DNA of 64,000 nt from a virus. The first letter of the stretch is position 1; each line of letters begins with the position of its first letter. The translations under genes were made by a program, and so were the position numbers. A model generated the notes under the pieces. The model was given only the letters and a program-made list of their open reading frames with translations. It did not search any database and was not told where the DNA came from. The DNA is taken from positions 7,938-71,937 of the IMG/VR virus record IMGVR_UViG_3300027708_000060; one strand, 5' to 3'. This document shows positions 36,229-46,470 of the stretch, in pieces.

Positions 36229-36902
36229 TATGGTCTTATTCCTTCCCAAGTAAGTTTTACAGTTTTGTGGTGTGTTACACGAACGCTAGGGTCAAACCAG
36301 ATTTCAAAACCAGCTTGACTTGCACTTTCGCAAAACGATAGGTCTTCTCCCATCATATTAAAATTATACCCTTTTCCGTCTACTTGTGCAGTAACTTGTA
36401 CAGATTGAAACCACGGGCGAGGAATACTTTCAAATACGCCCTGTTTAATACATATAAATCCAAAGCCTGCCCCAGCAATTTTAACAGGTTCTTTCATCTC
36501 TAATACTTCTTCGTAAGTAATTGGTGAAGCTAATGTTTCTTTATGAATTGGAACAGTACCGTTAGCCATTAAATATCCGCCTGAAATAATATCTTTATCG
36601 CTTCTGTAAAGCTTTACTACGTCTTCAGGTTCAAAAGCAATATCAGAATCTATCCACATTAACTTGTCGTAAGTAAGACCACCTTCTAATGGTCGTTGTT
36701 CTGTAAAAGAATTTTCTCTAGTTCCGCTTAATGTTACTTCTCGAGCATCCCCAACATGAGATGAAACCCCGTTAGCAAACGCAAAAGTAATTTTTTCTTG
36801 CGCTAAATAAGCAACTAATCTTAATAATGATTGAACATAAGAACCTAACATAGATGAACCTGGAGTACAGATTACTATATTTGCGTGTGGTTTGCCTTCC
36901 AT
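36228..36902 (-). CDS. GT-A fold (GT2-like) glycosyltransferase
   Basis: ICTP, WIDSDI (DxD), GFGF..IK..VFE, GEDLSFC, H.K motifs. Confidence 0.75.
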   Translation of the reverse strand: MEGKPHANIVICTPGSSMLGSYVQSLLRLVAYLAQEKITFAFANGVSSHVGDAREVTLSGTRENSFTEQRPLEGGLTYDKLMWIDSDIAFEPEDVVKLYRSDKDIISGGYLMANGTVPIHKETLASPITYEEVLEMKEPVKIAGAGFGFICIKQGVFESIPRPWFQSVQVTAQVDGKGYNFNMMGEDLSFCESASQAGFEIWFDPSVRVTHHKTVKLTWEGIRP

Positions 36903-36915
36903 TTTTTACCTTTCG

Positions 36916-38274
36916 TTATGAAGCAGAATAAATTGAAACAGTAAACGGAATTAATGGCTGTAAATTTGCGAAATTATTGCCACCACTACTCGTACTCCAA
37001 TAAATTTGATTATTATAGATTAAAGGATAGGTGCTAGTATTTTGAGCAGCCCAAGAGCTAGTAGCATTTTGAATATTACTAAACAAAGTATTTTCTCCCG
37101 TAACTGTTCTCCAAGTAATTGCATCTGTAGAAAAATGCAAAATATATCTACTTTTACGAGGAGCTGTTTCTGGAATGTTACCTGTATCCATATACCAATA
37201 ATATCCATTAGCAAAAAATAAGTTATTAGTTGATATAGTTGGATTTGATTGGTTACCTCTTCCGTTAATAGAGGTAATTGTCCAAGTAGTTCCATCAGTA
37301 GAATATGCACCGTTTGCTGCACTTCCATAAGTAAGGTTATTTACTGAGCCACCCACTAAAAATTTACCATTTCCAAAAGTTGCAGAGTTAAAAGTATTTG
37401 TATATGCAACAGTACGGGCTGCCCAAGTAATTCCGTCAGTAGATGAAATAATTGTTCCAGAAGCGCCAGCAGCTACAAACGCGTTGTTTCCATATACCCC
37501 ACAGTACATGGCCGCACCACTTGTAGGAACGGTTCTAGCTGTCCAAGTAGCTGCATCTGTAGATGAATAAATAGAGGAGGTGGAGTTTCCAGAATTAGCT
37601 ACAGTAATAAAAGTATTAGTATTAGATCCAAAAAATATTTGTGTTGTTGCTGTAGTTGCCCCGCCAACGCGAGACCAGCTAACACCAGCATCTGTAGTTC
37701 TAAAATAATAGTTAGTAAGAATATCTGTGGCAGGCAATAAACCGATAGAATTACCGTAAGCCGAAACTCCAGCAATATTTGGGCTACCTGTAGTCGTATA
37801 TGTAGCAAGAGCTGAAGATACAGTTTGAGCCGTAGTTCCTACTATTTTATTTACAAAAGTCTGGGCACCAGTCCAAGAAGTAAAAAATATGGATGTTCCA
37901 ATTATTACAGTACTTTGAAAAGCGGGGGTTCCATAGGAGGCTCCGCCAGCCGTATTAAGATTTATTCGATTTTCTTTTCCAGTTCCTAATCCAGCTCCTA
38001 CTGTAAAGTTTGATTCGGTAGTTGTTAAAGATATATATTGATTTTGAAAAGAAGCTAATTCATCTGAGTAATACGCGTTAACAGGTGAGTTAGCAGATAT
38101 ATAGGCTAAACCTTCTGCAGGAGCTACGTTAATAATATAGTTTCCAGCATTAAGTGAAGTTGTATAAAATCCTATGCCTTTACCAACGTTTCCAGAATAA
38201 ACTAAAGAAGTTGCACCAGCAGGTAAAGAAGATGATGAAGAACTTGCGGCTACAGGAAATGTACTAATACCCAT
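36916..38274 (-). CDS. tail fibre / receptor-binding protein with BNR (Asp-box) repeats
   Basis: repeated STDGxTW motifs. Confidence 0.7.
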   Translation of the reverse strand: MGISTFPVAASSSSSSLPAGATSLVYSGNVGKGIGFYTTSLNAGNYIINVAPAEGLAYISANSPVNAYYSDELASFQNQYISLTTTESNFTVGAGLGTGKENRINLNTAGGASYGTPAFQSTVIIGTSIFFTSWTGAQTFVNKIVGTTAQTVSSALATYTTTGSPNIAGVSAYGNSIGLLPATDILTNYYFRTTDAGVSWSRVGGATTATTQIFFGSNTNTFITVANSGNSTSSIYSSTDAATWTARTVPTSGAAMYCGVYGNNAFVAAGASGTIISSTDGITWAARTVAYTNTFNSATFGNGKFLVGGSVNNLTYGSAANGAYSTDGTTWTITSINGRGNQSNPTISTNNLFFANGYYWYMDTGNIPETAPRKSRYILHFSTDAITWRTVTGENTLFSNIQNATSSWAAQNTSTYPLIYNNQIYWSTSSGGNNFANLQPLIPFTVSIYSAS

Positions 38275-38275
38275 T

Positions 38276-38593
38276 TTAGACTATCTCCACTCCGCTTATG
38301 TGAAAGTTAATAGTAGTTGCTGAAGCGCCACCCCTTATAATTTTAGGAGTTGCGTTAGCAGGTATTACTTGCTTGCAATCAATGTAGACAGTTGTACTTG
38401 CGGCAATTGTTGTTGCCGTATGTAAATCAACTCCGTCTATTGTAAGAGTAAAGGTACCAGCAGATGCTGCTGTATTGGTAACGGCAATGTTAGTTACTAC
38501 TGTCGTGGTTGAGGTAGTAGGCACTGTATACAACGTAGTTGTTGTAGTGGTTGTGGCTGCTCCTCTAAAGAGGGTTTTTGCTGATACGGCCAT
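38276..38593 (-). CDS. small tail-associated structural protein
   Basis: LFRGAA...TLYTVP...FHISGVEI pattern. Confidence 0.6.
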   Translation of the reverse strand: MAVSAKTLFRGAATTTTTTTLYTVPTTSTTTVVTNIAVTNTAASAGTFTLTIDGVDLHTATTIAASTTVYIDCKQVIPANATPKIIRGGASATTINFHISGVEIV

Positions 38594-38868
38594 TATAGAT
38601 ACGCTCCCATAGTAGTAAGGATTATGTTGTCATCTGCCCCAGAAGTTGTTGTAAGTGAAGGAATTATAGAGGTCCAAGTAGTTCCATTATAGTACTCTAG
38701 TATGTGGCTGTCTGTACGATAAGATACCATACCTTCAGCTAGCACGCTAGTAAGGGCGGTTGTACGTGCAGAGGCAGAGGCAAAAACCATTGTACTTTGA
38801 TTCATTAGATAGCTATTAACATTTGCAGCAGTGAGAATATCGCCACTGTTAAATAGTTTATATGTCAT
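38593..38868 (-). CDS. tail fibre N-terminal anchor-type protein
   Basis: YK.F..GD.LTAA.VN.YLM.Q...F.SA.AR....EGM..Y..D....YYNG..W. Confidence 0.6.
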   Translation of the reverse strand: MTYKLFNSGDILTAANVNSYLMNQSTMVFASASARTTALTSVLAEGMVSYRTDSHILEYYNGTTWTSIIPSLTTTSGADDNIILTTMGAYL

Positions 38869-38878
38869 TTTTTCCTTA

Positions 38879-40201
38879 CTATCCTAGCACTGAGGTGTCG
38901 AGTATACCATTGACAGAGCTGTCTAGGGTGAATGTATTAGTAGAAATACTAGTGGAAATAGTAATAGTAATCTGGGCAAAAACAGAATTTAAAGGAGAAA
39001 GTTTACCGTTTCTACCTGAATCAGAGGCGGTAGTAAACTCAGAAAAAGTAGTAGATGTGGTTAGGCTGGTACCGGCTGCGGTTGTTCCCAAAGACTTACC
39101 AAACTGGTCATACCAAGTAATGGTAGCAGAAATTGTTTTAGCACTGCCCGCATCATGACGTACCCAACCACTAAATAGATAGCGGGTATTGGCGCTAATC
39201 GGTATGCCGTTAGTTTTTATATCAAGGCCTGAAGCCGGTAATGACATAGTTACTGAGCTTAATCCAGCAGTGTTTAATTTACCTACGCCTGTATTTTTTG
39301 CAGGGTATGCTGAATCAATAAATGGGGTAGGGGCAATTATACTTTCAATAGTGTAAGTTGATTTAATAAGAGTACCCGCAGAAACGCCCCACCGTCCTAT
39401 AGATTCTTCAAAAGAAGAGTCGTTATAGTCAAGCATTAAATTATGACCTAAAGAATAGCTGGCGCCCCAGTGAGTCAAAGCTGTGGTGTAGGTTGTTAAA
39501 CCAAGCGAAGTTCCTTTATAAGAGTTTATGATATTTCCGGTTGAGGAAATAGAACGATTGTAAATATCTCCTAATGCAGCTTCGTAAGTAAACCCTAAAC
39601 TTGTAGATTTATTTTGCAACAAAGCACTTGGAGTATAAATTGGATTTAAAGAATTTCCTAGTACATTTCCCTCTACCCGCATATAATCGTACATAAAAGC
39701 AAATACGCCAAGGATAGTTACAAAGCTATTATCTCCATAGTAGGATAAACCTTCTCCAATATTACTACTTTGATTAAGCCATGCTTTAGGCAACCAATTA
39801 CTTATTTTAACTAAAGAGTTTTTGTCAGAAACAAGAAACGTATAGGTAGAGCCACAAAATTTCCAGCTAGATCCGTTAAATAACCAAATAGAATATGATA
39901 TTTCTAAGTCTTGATAATCTGCAATAACATCTGTATAGGAAATACCAATTGAGTTATAGGCACCTCCGATAAGGATTGTACCTTTATTTGGATCATCTAA
40001 TGTACCGGTGTAGCTTTTTACTAACGCCCAGTGAGTAGGTGTAGGATCAGAAGGATCGGGAATTATCGGGCTCCAAGAAAGCTTAATAGTTTGGTAATCA
40101 CTTGAAAGTGCAACAATATTAGACTGGTAGTAAACACCTACTACAGAGGTAACTCCATAGCGTACTCCAGACCCATATAGTTTAGTACCATACTTTGCCA
40201 T
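38879..40201 (-). CDS. baseplate wedge / tail protein I-like, with an incomplete C-terminal CBM-like domain
   Basis: YG...YG..YG N-terminus, LP..W and YKGT..GL motifs; follows baseplate J. Confidence 0.65.
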   Translation of the reverse strand: MAKYGTKLYGSGVRYGVTSVVGVYYQSNIVALSSDYQTIKLSWSPIIPDPSDPTPTHWALVKSYTGTLDDPNKGTILIGGAYNSIGISYTDVIADYQDLEISYSIWLFNGSSWKFCGSTYTFLVSDKNSLVKISNWLPKAWLNQSSNIGEGLSYYGDNSFVTILGVFAFMYDYMRVEGNVLGNSLNPIYTPSALLQNKSTSLGFTYEAALGDIYNRSISSTGNIINSYKGTSLGLTTYTTALTHWGASYSLGHNLMLDYNDSSFEESIGRWGVSAGTLIKSTYTIESIIAPTPFIDSAYPAKNTGVGKLNTAGLSSVTMSLPASGLDIKTNGIPISANTRYLFSGWVRHDAGSAKTISATITWYDQFGKSLGTTAAGTSLTTSTTFSEFTTASDSGRNGKLSPLNSVFAQITITISTSISTNTFTLDSSVNGILDTSVLG

Positions 40202-40204
40202 TTA

Positions 40205-41956
40205 TTAAATACCACCAGTAACTGTAGTTGTTAAGGCAGAAGCAAGAAGATATGGAATTTCATTTGCAGCAAGAGTTAAAGAGTTATTTACGGTAGCTGA
40301 TGCGTCTCTAGAAAACTGAGTTACAGTTGCAGAAATAACACCTGGTACAGATTGAATAGCTGTAGTTATTTGAGATAAGTTAATTACATCACCAAATACG
40401 TTATTGTCATAGTAAAATATTCCGCCTTGTCCAAGAAAAGCTTGATAAATTGCTAGTTTAATATCTGAATTTTTGTATGCTGAATTTGCAACTACAGTAG
40501 AAGATAAGTAAATAGGGACATATGTTGGAGGTAGAATTGTTAAGGAAGTTCCTGTTAAAATTTTATCTGACATATAAGTTTGAACTGCTGTTGAAAGATT
40601 AGTCCAAGCAGAAGTTGGGGTTAATGAAATAGCTAGTCCATTGCCAATATATGTTGCTGTTGGAGTACCGGCTACAGTAAAAGAAGAAGATGTTGGGATA
40701 GCAGTAATAACTGCTCCCTGTAAATTATATACACTTGGATTTACACCAGATATATTAACAGTATTTCCAATAGCAAAGCCATGATCTACATCTGTAGCAA
40801 ACGTAACCGCAGAACCGGTTGTAGAAGTACCAACAATATTAACTTGAGGGTATCCGGTAGCTGCTTGTCCATCATTCATAGGTTGAATATAAAGGTTAAT
40901 ATTTGTGTATACACTTGATGCAGCATTGGCTTTGCCAACACCTTCTGTTAGATTTGCTAAATAAGCATAATCTGATAGAGTTACTGCTCTACGACGAGTA
41001 AGTACTGCAGCTTTAATTTTATTTTTAATATCAACTGTAGAGTCTGCGTCAGCACCCCCAGTAGCTGGAGTACTATTAGATACTGTAAAGTAAGTTGTTA
41101 CTTGTGGATCTAAATTTCCAGGAAAAAAAGTAAGTTCTGTAATTGCTAAAGATTTAATATTTCCCGCAGAACCAACACTAACTTTATATGATGCACTAAT
41201 TAATTGCCCACTAGGAGGAATAGCGCCGTTCACATTGTCTCCAAAAACAATGTTAATTGTTCCATCTTCATTAGGAGATGTAGTAAATACCCTATCTCCA
41301 GGACCAGCTTCAAATAGGTTATCTTTATAGGTCCAGATACCAAAAGCAACACCTTGACCTACATATACTGTAATAGAGTTATTTACTACGCCTGTTTCAG
41401 GAATATAAAATGTTTGATTAGCAGAACCATCTGAAGAACCTAAGTTAGCTGGAAGAGATATGTTATAGGTACTATCAATTAAGTCTGGTTTATCTGTATT
41501 TACTGTCTTTCCTTCTTGACAAGGTAAAGTAATAGATGCCCCAGGAACTATAGCAGTCGCTGCAGTTGTTGTTTCAAAATACACTTCTGCATAAGCACCA
41601 AAAGATAGCGGCGCCATAACTTGTGTACCAATAGGTATATCAATAGTATTAGAACTTACATTAGTAAAAGTTACATTTACAGTTGCTGGGGTAGGACCTG
41701 AAATAACATAGTCATATAGTTTTGCAAAAGAAAGCAAAGTCTTACGCTGGATAGCGGTATCTATAGTTGTCTCATTAGCAATTCTATCTAAGTAATGTGA
41801 CATAATGTCTCCCATATAAGCAAACGTTTCTACAAGAACATTGCCCAAATCTGAATAGTCAGTAGGGTTCCAATTAGTACCGGTACGCTCCCTAATAAGT
41901 GCAATTAAATCCGCTTTTAATGCGGCAAAGTCTCTGGATGTATAGTCGATTTGCAT
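40205..41956 (-). CDS. baseplate J / gp6-like wedge protein
   Basis: IDYTSRDF, W...SD.G..L.E.FAY.GD, FGD...G.IP, GGAD, RAVT..DY. Confidence 0.88.
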   Translation of the reverse strand: MQIDYTSRDFAALKADLIALIRERTGTNWNPTDYSDLGNVLVETFAYMGDIMSHYLDRIANETTIDTAIQRKTLLSFAKLYDYVISGPTPATVNVTFTNVSSNTIDIPIGTQVMAPLSFGAYAEVYFETTTAATAIVPGASITLPCQEGKTVNTDKPDLIDSTYNISLPANLGSSDGSANQTFYIPETGVVNNSITVYVGQGVAFGIWTYKDNLFEAGPGDRVFTTSPNEDGTINIVFGDNVNGAIPPSGQLISASYKVSVGSAGNIKSLAITELTFFPGNLDPQVTTYFTVSNSTPATGGADADSTVDIKNKIKAAVLTRRRAVTLSDYAYLANLTEGVGKANAASSVYTNINLYIQPMNDGQAATGYPQVNIVGTSTTGSAVTFATDVDHGFAIGNTVNISGVNPSVYNLQGAVITAIPTSSSFTVAGTPTATYIGNGLAISLTPTSAWTNLSTAVQTYMSDKILTGTSLTILPPTYVPIYLSSTVVANSAYKNSDIKLAIYQAFLGQGGIFYYDNNVFGDVINLSQITTAIQSVPGVISATVTQFSRDASATVNNSLTLAANEIPYLLASALTTTVTGGI

Positions 41957-41958
41957 AA

Positions 41959-42351
41959 TTACCCCGCAATAATTCCGCTGTAGCTAATGGTGCCTGTATT
42001 AATTGTTAAAGAAGTAAGTGTATCATCCGGCAGCTTTAAAGACACAATTACATTTTCTGTACCGTCAAAATTATTTCCAGCAAAATCTACTGAGGTCACA
42101 GAAACTTCTGGAATCCATTTTGAAATAGCTTCTGAAATTGCCAAAGGAATAGCAATTTGAGCATCACTATCGTTTTCAAATAAAGACTTACTCCAGTCAA
42201 CTCCATAAGTAGGAAGCATAGGGCGTTGCCCTACGTAATAAGATAGCAAAGTCAAAACTTTATCGACATAAATTTTAGCAGCTGACTCAGTATATTGAAC
42301 TACCCCTGAATCAGGACCAATTGTATACGGATAACTTAAGGCTTTACTCAT
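41959..42351 (-). CDS. baseplate wedge gp25/gpW-like protein
   Basis: G.R.M.P.YG, LFE, I..AI..W.P motifs. Confidence 0.8.
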   Translation of the reverse strand: MSKALSYPYTIGPDSGVVQYTESAAKIYVDKVLTLLSYYVGQRPMLPTYGVDWSKSLFENDSDAQIAIPLAISEAISKWIPEVSVTSVDFAGNNFDGTENVIVSLKLPDDTLTSLTINTGTISYSGIIAG

Positions 42352-42956
42352 GACTGTACTCCTATCCATACTGGGTAATCAGGATCCCCAGCAATAAACA
42401 TTACCCAAACTAGTTGGTTTACCGCAGGAATAGTTCTGTGAAATGTATGCTCTGGGGTTTTAAGACTAGTAGATGAACTAGTAATTCCAGGAGCACTGAG
42501 ACCACTAGCAGTAGTATAGGCGCTAGTTTCCTGTATGTCTGTTGTAGATGTAGGTGCAGTTACGGCAACATTTTTTGTAATCATAGTTTTAGTTGGTGTG
42601 TGGGCATGATTAAGTTGTTTAGTTGCATCTTTAGCAACTACAGTAAGTGCTGGGATACTAATGGTTACTGTTCCTCCTTGAGGATCTGAACCTGATGCAC
42701 TTGTTGTAGAGGTTGTAAGAAGGGCAGCAACTTGTGTTGCTGTATGTGGTAGATGATCTGGATGATAAGAGGAGTCTGTAATGGGTAAACAAGCTGAAGC
42801 CCAATTATGAGATTCAACACCAGTAGGTCCATGAACTAAAACTTGAATTCTATTTTTATTTAAAGGATCTTTTACGTTAGTTACTTGTCCAGAGTAAATA
42901 CCATAAAAACGAGGACGACCCTGAGGATCCATCATATATTCAGTGCTGTGATTCAT
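42348..42956 (-). CDS. baseplate spike gp5/gpV OB-fold protein with an internal insertion
   Basis: FYGIY.G.V....DP....RI.V.V....WA and P.V...VWVMF.AGDP.YPVW.G. Confidence 0.75.
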   Translation of the reverse strand: MNHSTEYMMDPQGRPRFYGIYSGQVTNVKDPLNKNRIQVLVHGPTGVESHNWASACLPITDSSYHPDHLPHTATQVAALLTTSTTSASGSDPQGGTVTISIPALTVVAKDATKQLNHAHTPTKTMITKNVAVTAPTSTTDIQETSAYTTASGLSAPGITSSSTSLKTPEHTFHRTIPAVNQLVWVMFIAGDPDYPVWIGVQS

Positions 42957-43567
42957 TGTAGTACCTTTCCACTACTAGTAGCAGACCATTGTACCGTTTT
43001 TTTAATTCCATCAATATTTGGTGGAGAATAGATAAAATTAGTACTTCCAGCAACTTTAGGTACAGCAATTTGAGATATATTTTGTACAGCCGTTTTAACA
43101 GTAGCTCCATAAGAAGGATTAAGAGTTGAAGAATTTGGGGATAAGTTGTACTCAACTAATTTAGAAGAGGCACTAGTTAATGATTGATTTGCAAAATCAC
43201 TTTGAACATCCCTAGTATCAGATCTATCTCTAGCTTTAGGATCACTATCCCCAATAAAATCTGTGCCAACTTCAAGGTTTAAAATGTAGTTTGCAACACG
43301 TCCTCCGAACACATGTTCAACAGAAAGAACTGTCCAGTAACCAGACATACCATTAGGAAGACCATCAAGATAAATTGGATCATAAGGACGCAAAGTAGCA
43401 TGCCCTACTATACTAACTTTTGCTCTATGTTGATACTTATTAGATTCATTATAGGACTGGGCAACATGTTTAGAGTTAACTAAATCTTTAATTACTTCAT
43501 GGGGATGATGTTTTTTAAATACAGCAGTTTGTGTACCGTCAGATTTATTATTAGAAAAGTTACTCAT
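42953..43567 (-). CDS. baseplate hub (gpD/gp27-like), C-terminal part
   Basis: A...GH..LRP...I.L.G......G.W.V.SV.H.F....Y...L. Confidence 0.6.
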   Translation of the reverse strand: MSNFSNNKSDGTQTAVFKKHHPHEVIKDLVNSKHVAQSYNESNKYQHRAKVSIVGHATLRPYDPIYLDGLPNGMSGYWTVLSVEHVFGGRVANYILNLEVGTDFIGDSDPKARDRSDTRDVQSDFANQSLTSASSKLVEYNLSPNSSTLNPSYGATVKTAVQNISQIAVPKVAGSTNFIYSPPNIDGIKKTVQWSATSSGKVLQ

Positions 43568-44433
43568 TATTTACCAATTTTCTGAGTAAAATAAGTTTTA
43601 CTAGGAATAACAACTCCAGGATTGCCCCTCTTAGGGGCAGTATGTGAATGAGTAACTTTAATTGTAGAAGCAGTTTTACTATTAATTCCACTAATAACCC
43701 TATCAATTCTTAACCCAGCTTCTGGAGCCTGGTCTGAAATTTCAGGTTCAAAGATAAGAATAGTTCCTGTCATACGAAGTTCTCTTGGAACTACTCCACC
43801 TATTTCATCATCTACATAGTTAAAGTATGGGGCTGACATTTTTTTACTTTGATAAATTTTATCTTTAGATACAAAAGTAATAGTAGTATTTTCAGTTAAT
43901 AATGCAAAACCAGTTTGTTTAGCTAAACTTCTACATAGTTGCCAATCACTTTGACCAGATTGAACAACTTGATCTCGTACTCTAGGATCTCTTTGAGTCA
44001 CTGCTTCCATACTATGTTTTTTAGCAATTTTAGAAATAACTTGGTCTGAGGTTATATTTTTATAGATTTTTTGATCTGTATTTTTTAACACCCAAGATGC
44101 ACCTACGCAGACAACATCTGTATTACCACCTTGAAAAGTATTGTCTTGACGAACATGGTGAATATACCCATGCCAAGTAGACTTTAACTTTCCTGACCGA
44201 TAGGTAAAGATTATTGGATCACCTGAGAGTAATGCCTGTCGCCTATTAACTGGTTTACCTTTGTAATGAAGAACTAAACGATCGTGTTCTTCTGGATCTT
44301 GATGTAGTTCAGCACTAATTAATATAAGATCCATGTCAGAAGCTTTAGGAAAAGATGCGGCAAAAGTACTATCTTGTGCGTTAGAGTTCCATACAAAGTT
44401 TTTTTGATCAGGAGTGTTAGTGTTAATTGCCAT
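43567..44433 (-). CDS. baseplate hub (gpD/gp27-like), N-terminal part
   Basis: T.DQVI.KIA..H, Q.GQSDW.L...LA...GF. Confidence 0.7.
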   Translation of the reverse strand: MAINTNTPDQKNFVWNSNAQDSTFAASFPKASDMDLILISAELHQDPEEHDRLVLHYKGKPVNRRQALLSGDPIIFTYRSGKLKSTWHGYIHHVRQDNTFQGGNTDVVCVGASWVLKNTDQKIYKNITSDQVISKIAKKHSMEAVTQRDPRVRDQVVQSGQSDWQLCRSLAKQTGFALLTENTTITFVSKDKIYQSKKMSAPYFNYVDDEIGGVVPRELRMTGTILIFEPEISDQAPEAGLRIDRVISGINSKTASTIKVTHSHTAPKRGNPGVVIPSKTYFTQKIGK

Positions 44434-44704
44434 AAGGAATCCTTAATATAGTTCCTTCTGGAATACCAAATGGGTCGTCAATTTCAGGATTAATTTCCAT
44501 AATTTCCCACCAATACTTTGCTCCTATACCAAATACCTCAGAAAGTCTAGAAAGATTATCTCCATTTTTCCAAGTATAACTAATATAATTAATTGTTTTG
44601 CTATCAGGAAAATTTCTAAATACAGAGATAATGTAATCTCCTGTATATTTATGAGGAGTTTGAGTTAAAGAACCGTCATAATATCTTGATACTCTTTCAA
44701 TCAT
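44423..44704 (-). CDS. LysM-like baseplate protein (gpX/gp53-like)
   Basis: Y....GD.L..L.......WW.I...NP.I.DPF.I..GT.LRIP. Confidence 0.8.
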   Translation of the reverse strand: MIERVSRYYDGSLTQTPHKYTGDYIISVFRNFPDSKTINYISYTWKNGDNLSRLSEVFGIGAKYWWEIMEINPEIDDPFGIPEGTILRIPYGN

Positions 44705-46470
44705 TATGAACCCGGTGCCTTTCCGCCATTAGCTATCCACTGTTTAATAGAATCTGCCCCAACAACGCTTGCCGGTAAACTACTATCTGTCCATAAAGCT
44801 GGGTAACGACTAAACGTAATGTTTACTGTGCTCAACATAGGGACCATGTTTAGATCAAACATAACATGATTTACTTGAAAACCAGTTACTGACCCAAAAT
44901 ATTTTAAATTTTTATTTAATTGAAGCCAACAAGGAACACCAGTAGTATAACCAAAATCTGCAGTAGCACCTTCATATAAACTATCAAATAACAGTGGTTT
45001 TTTTAAAGGATCTCCATTTAAAACACGGTATAAAAATTCTATATCATACTCTGTACCACGATTTAAAATGCCCTCTATTTCCCAAGGTTTTAAATCTCTA
45101 CCGTACAATTGTTTTTGAGGAACTTCTGGATATGACATTCGTAAATAACTTAAATCAGGAATTCTATTTAAATATAATTCAAAAGATACAGTTGAATTAC
45201 CAGTAAGTAAACTAGCAGGATCTTTTGAACCTAAAGTCCAATCAATTGAATTGTTAGAAGATGTATTATAATTAAATGTAGTTGGATTGTACATAAATCT
45301 AAAACCCCATTGATTTGATCCTGTAGAAATAACTTCTTTTAATTTATCAGGGTTTCTATTTAAAGTTTTAGCTCCATTTACATCTTGATAAATTGTTCCA
45401 CGTTCACTTGCTGCAAAAGTTGGAACAGTTTTTAACCTATTTGTAACCGTATAAAGATCTCTATAACTATAATCATTAGTAGTATCATAAATTAATTTTT
45501 CTGAAAAAGATGTTCTTGAAGCTTGATCATATGGAGGTGGATTATATCTATAAACATCTTTTGGTTCTTCAGTAGGAATACTTTTATAGGTAACTCGATC
45601 TACAGCATTACAATCTGTACTACTACTTTTTATTCTTAACCATTGCTGTAAAGCTGCTTGACTAAATTTAAGTTTAGAACTTTTTGTGACCAAATCTGCA
45701 TCTTTTGGTGCAGGGTGCGCTGTTAATGTGTTTCCATTTTTATCACAGCTCCAAAGAACTGAATAACTTTGGGTAAGATGATATATTAAAAACCACCACT
45801 GTGTAGAACAAATGTCATAGTAATAATTTGAAACTGTTTGCTCATATCCAGGAGAAAGTTTAGCTCCCACACCACTTGCATCTCTAGTAGCTATTTCAAT
45901 AGCAGGTGCTGGAAAAGTTGGTTGAGTATGTGTAGTTGTCCAAGTAATACTTGGTACTGCATTAGATGTAGTTCTCCAGTTTATACCTGAAATTTTTGTT
46001 GCATTAGGGCTAAGAGTACTTTTTGTATAAGCCTCAATTTGAGGTGTAGCTACTACCTGACCATTTGTAGTTTTTGAGGTGCGATTAAAACTAATTCTAT
46101 AATGAGAATTTTCATATATAAGTCCTCCTGTGCGAACATTTTTATCAGTAGTGCCTGGACTAACAGTAACTCCAATAGTTAATCCTGCCTCTAATCCATT
46201 TCTTTGATTAGTAGATGAGTTAGTTGATACTAATATTCCTTTGCCATCAATTCCGGTAGTTCCAGCGTTAAAAGCAGTTTGCCAATCAGAAAAAGTTTGT
46301 ATATTACTGGCATAGATATCAATTACATAATAAACATACCATGCAGTATTAGTTATAATATTAGTATCAGGAACTCTTGTTACTTCTGCTGTGTTAAGTA
46401 AAGTAGCAAGAGATTCTCCTTCTCGCTCTGTTTTATAACGTTTAACATCTGCATAATATTTTGTAGCCAT
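44704..46470 (-). CDS. tail tube initiator-like protein with a large N-terminal extension
   Basis: C-terminal GF.F.YNP...F.L.LNR...G.V......H..F...M.P....V.I.F; follows the tape measure gene. Confidence 0.55.
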   Translation of the reverse strand: MATKYYADVKRYKTEREGESLATLLNTAEVTRVPDTNIITNTAWYVYYVIDIYASNIQTFSDWQTAFNAGTTGIDGKGILVSTNSSTNQRNGLEAGLTIGVTVSPGTTDKNVRTGGLIYENSHYRISFNRTSKTTNGQVVATPQIEAYTKSTLSPNATKISGINWRTTSNAVPSITWTTTHTQPTFPAPAIEIATRDASGVGAKLSPGYEQTVSNYYYDICSTQWWFLIYHLTQSYSVLWSCDKNGNTLTAHPAPKDADLVTKSSKLKFSQAALQQWLRIKSSSTDCNAVDRVTYKSIPTEEPKDVYRYNPPPYDQASRTSFSEKLIYDTTNDYSYRDLYTVTNRLKTVPTFAASERGTIYQDVNGAKTLNRNPDKLKEVISTGSNQWGFRFMYNPTTFNYNTSSNNSIDWTLGSKDPASLLTGNSTVSFELYLNRIPDLSYLRMSYPEVPQKQLYGRDLKPWEIEGILNRGTEYDIEFLYRVLNGDPLKKPLLFDSLYEGATADFGYTTGVPCWLQLNKNLKYFGSVTGFQVNHVMFDLNMVPMLSTVNITFSRYPALWTDSSLPASVVGADSIKQWIANGGKAPGS

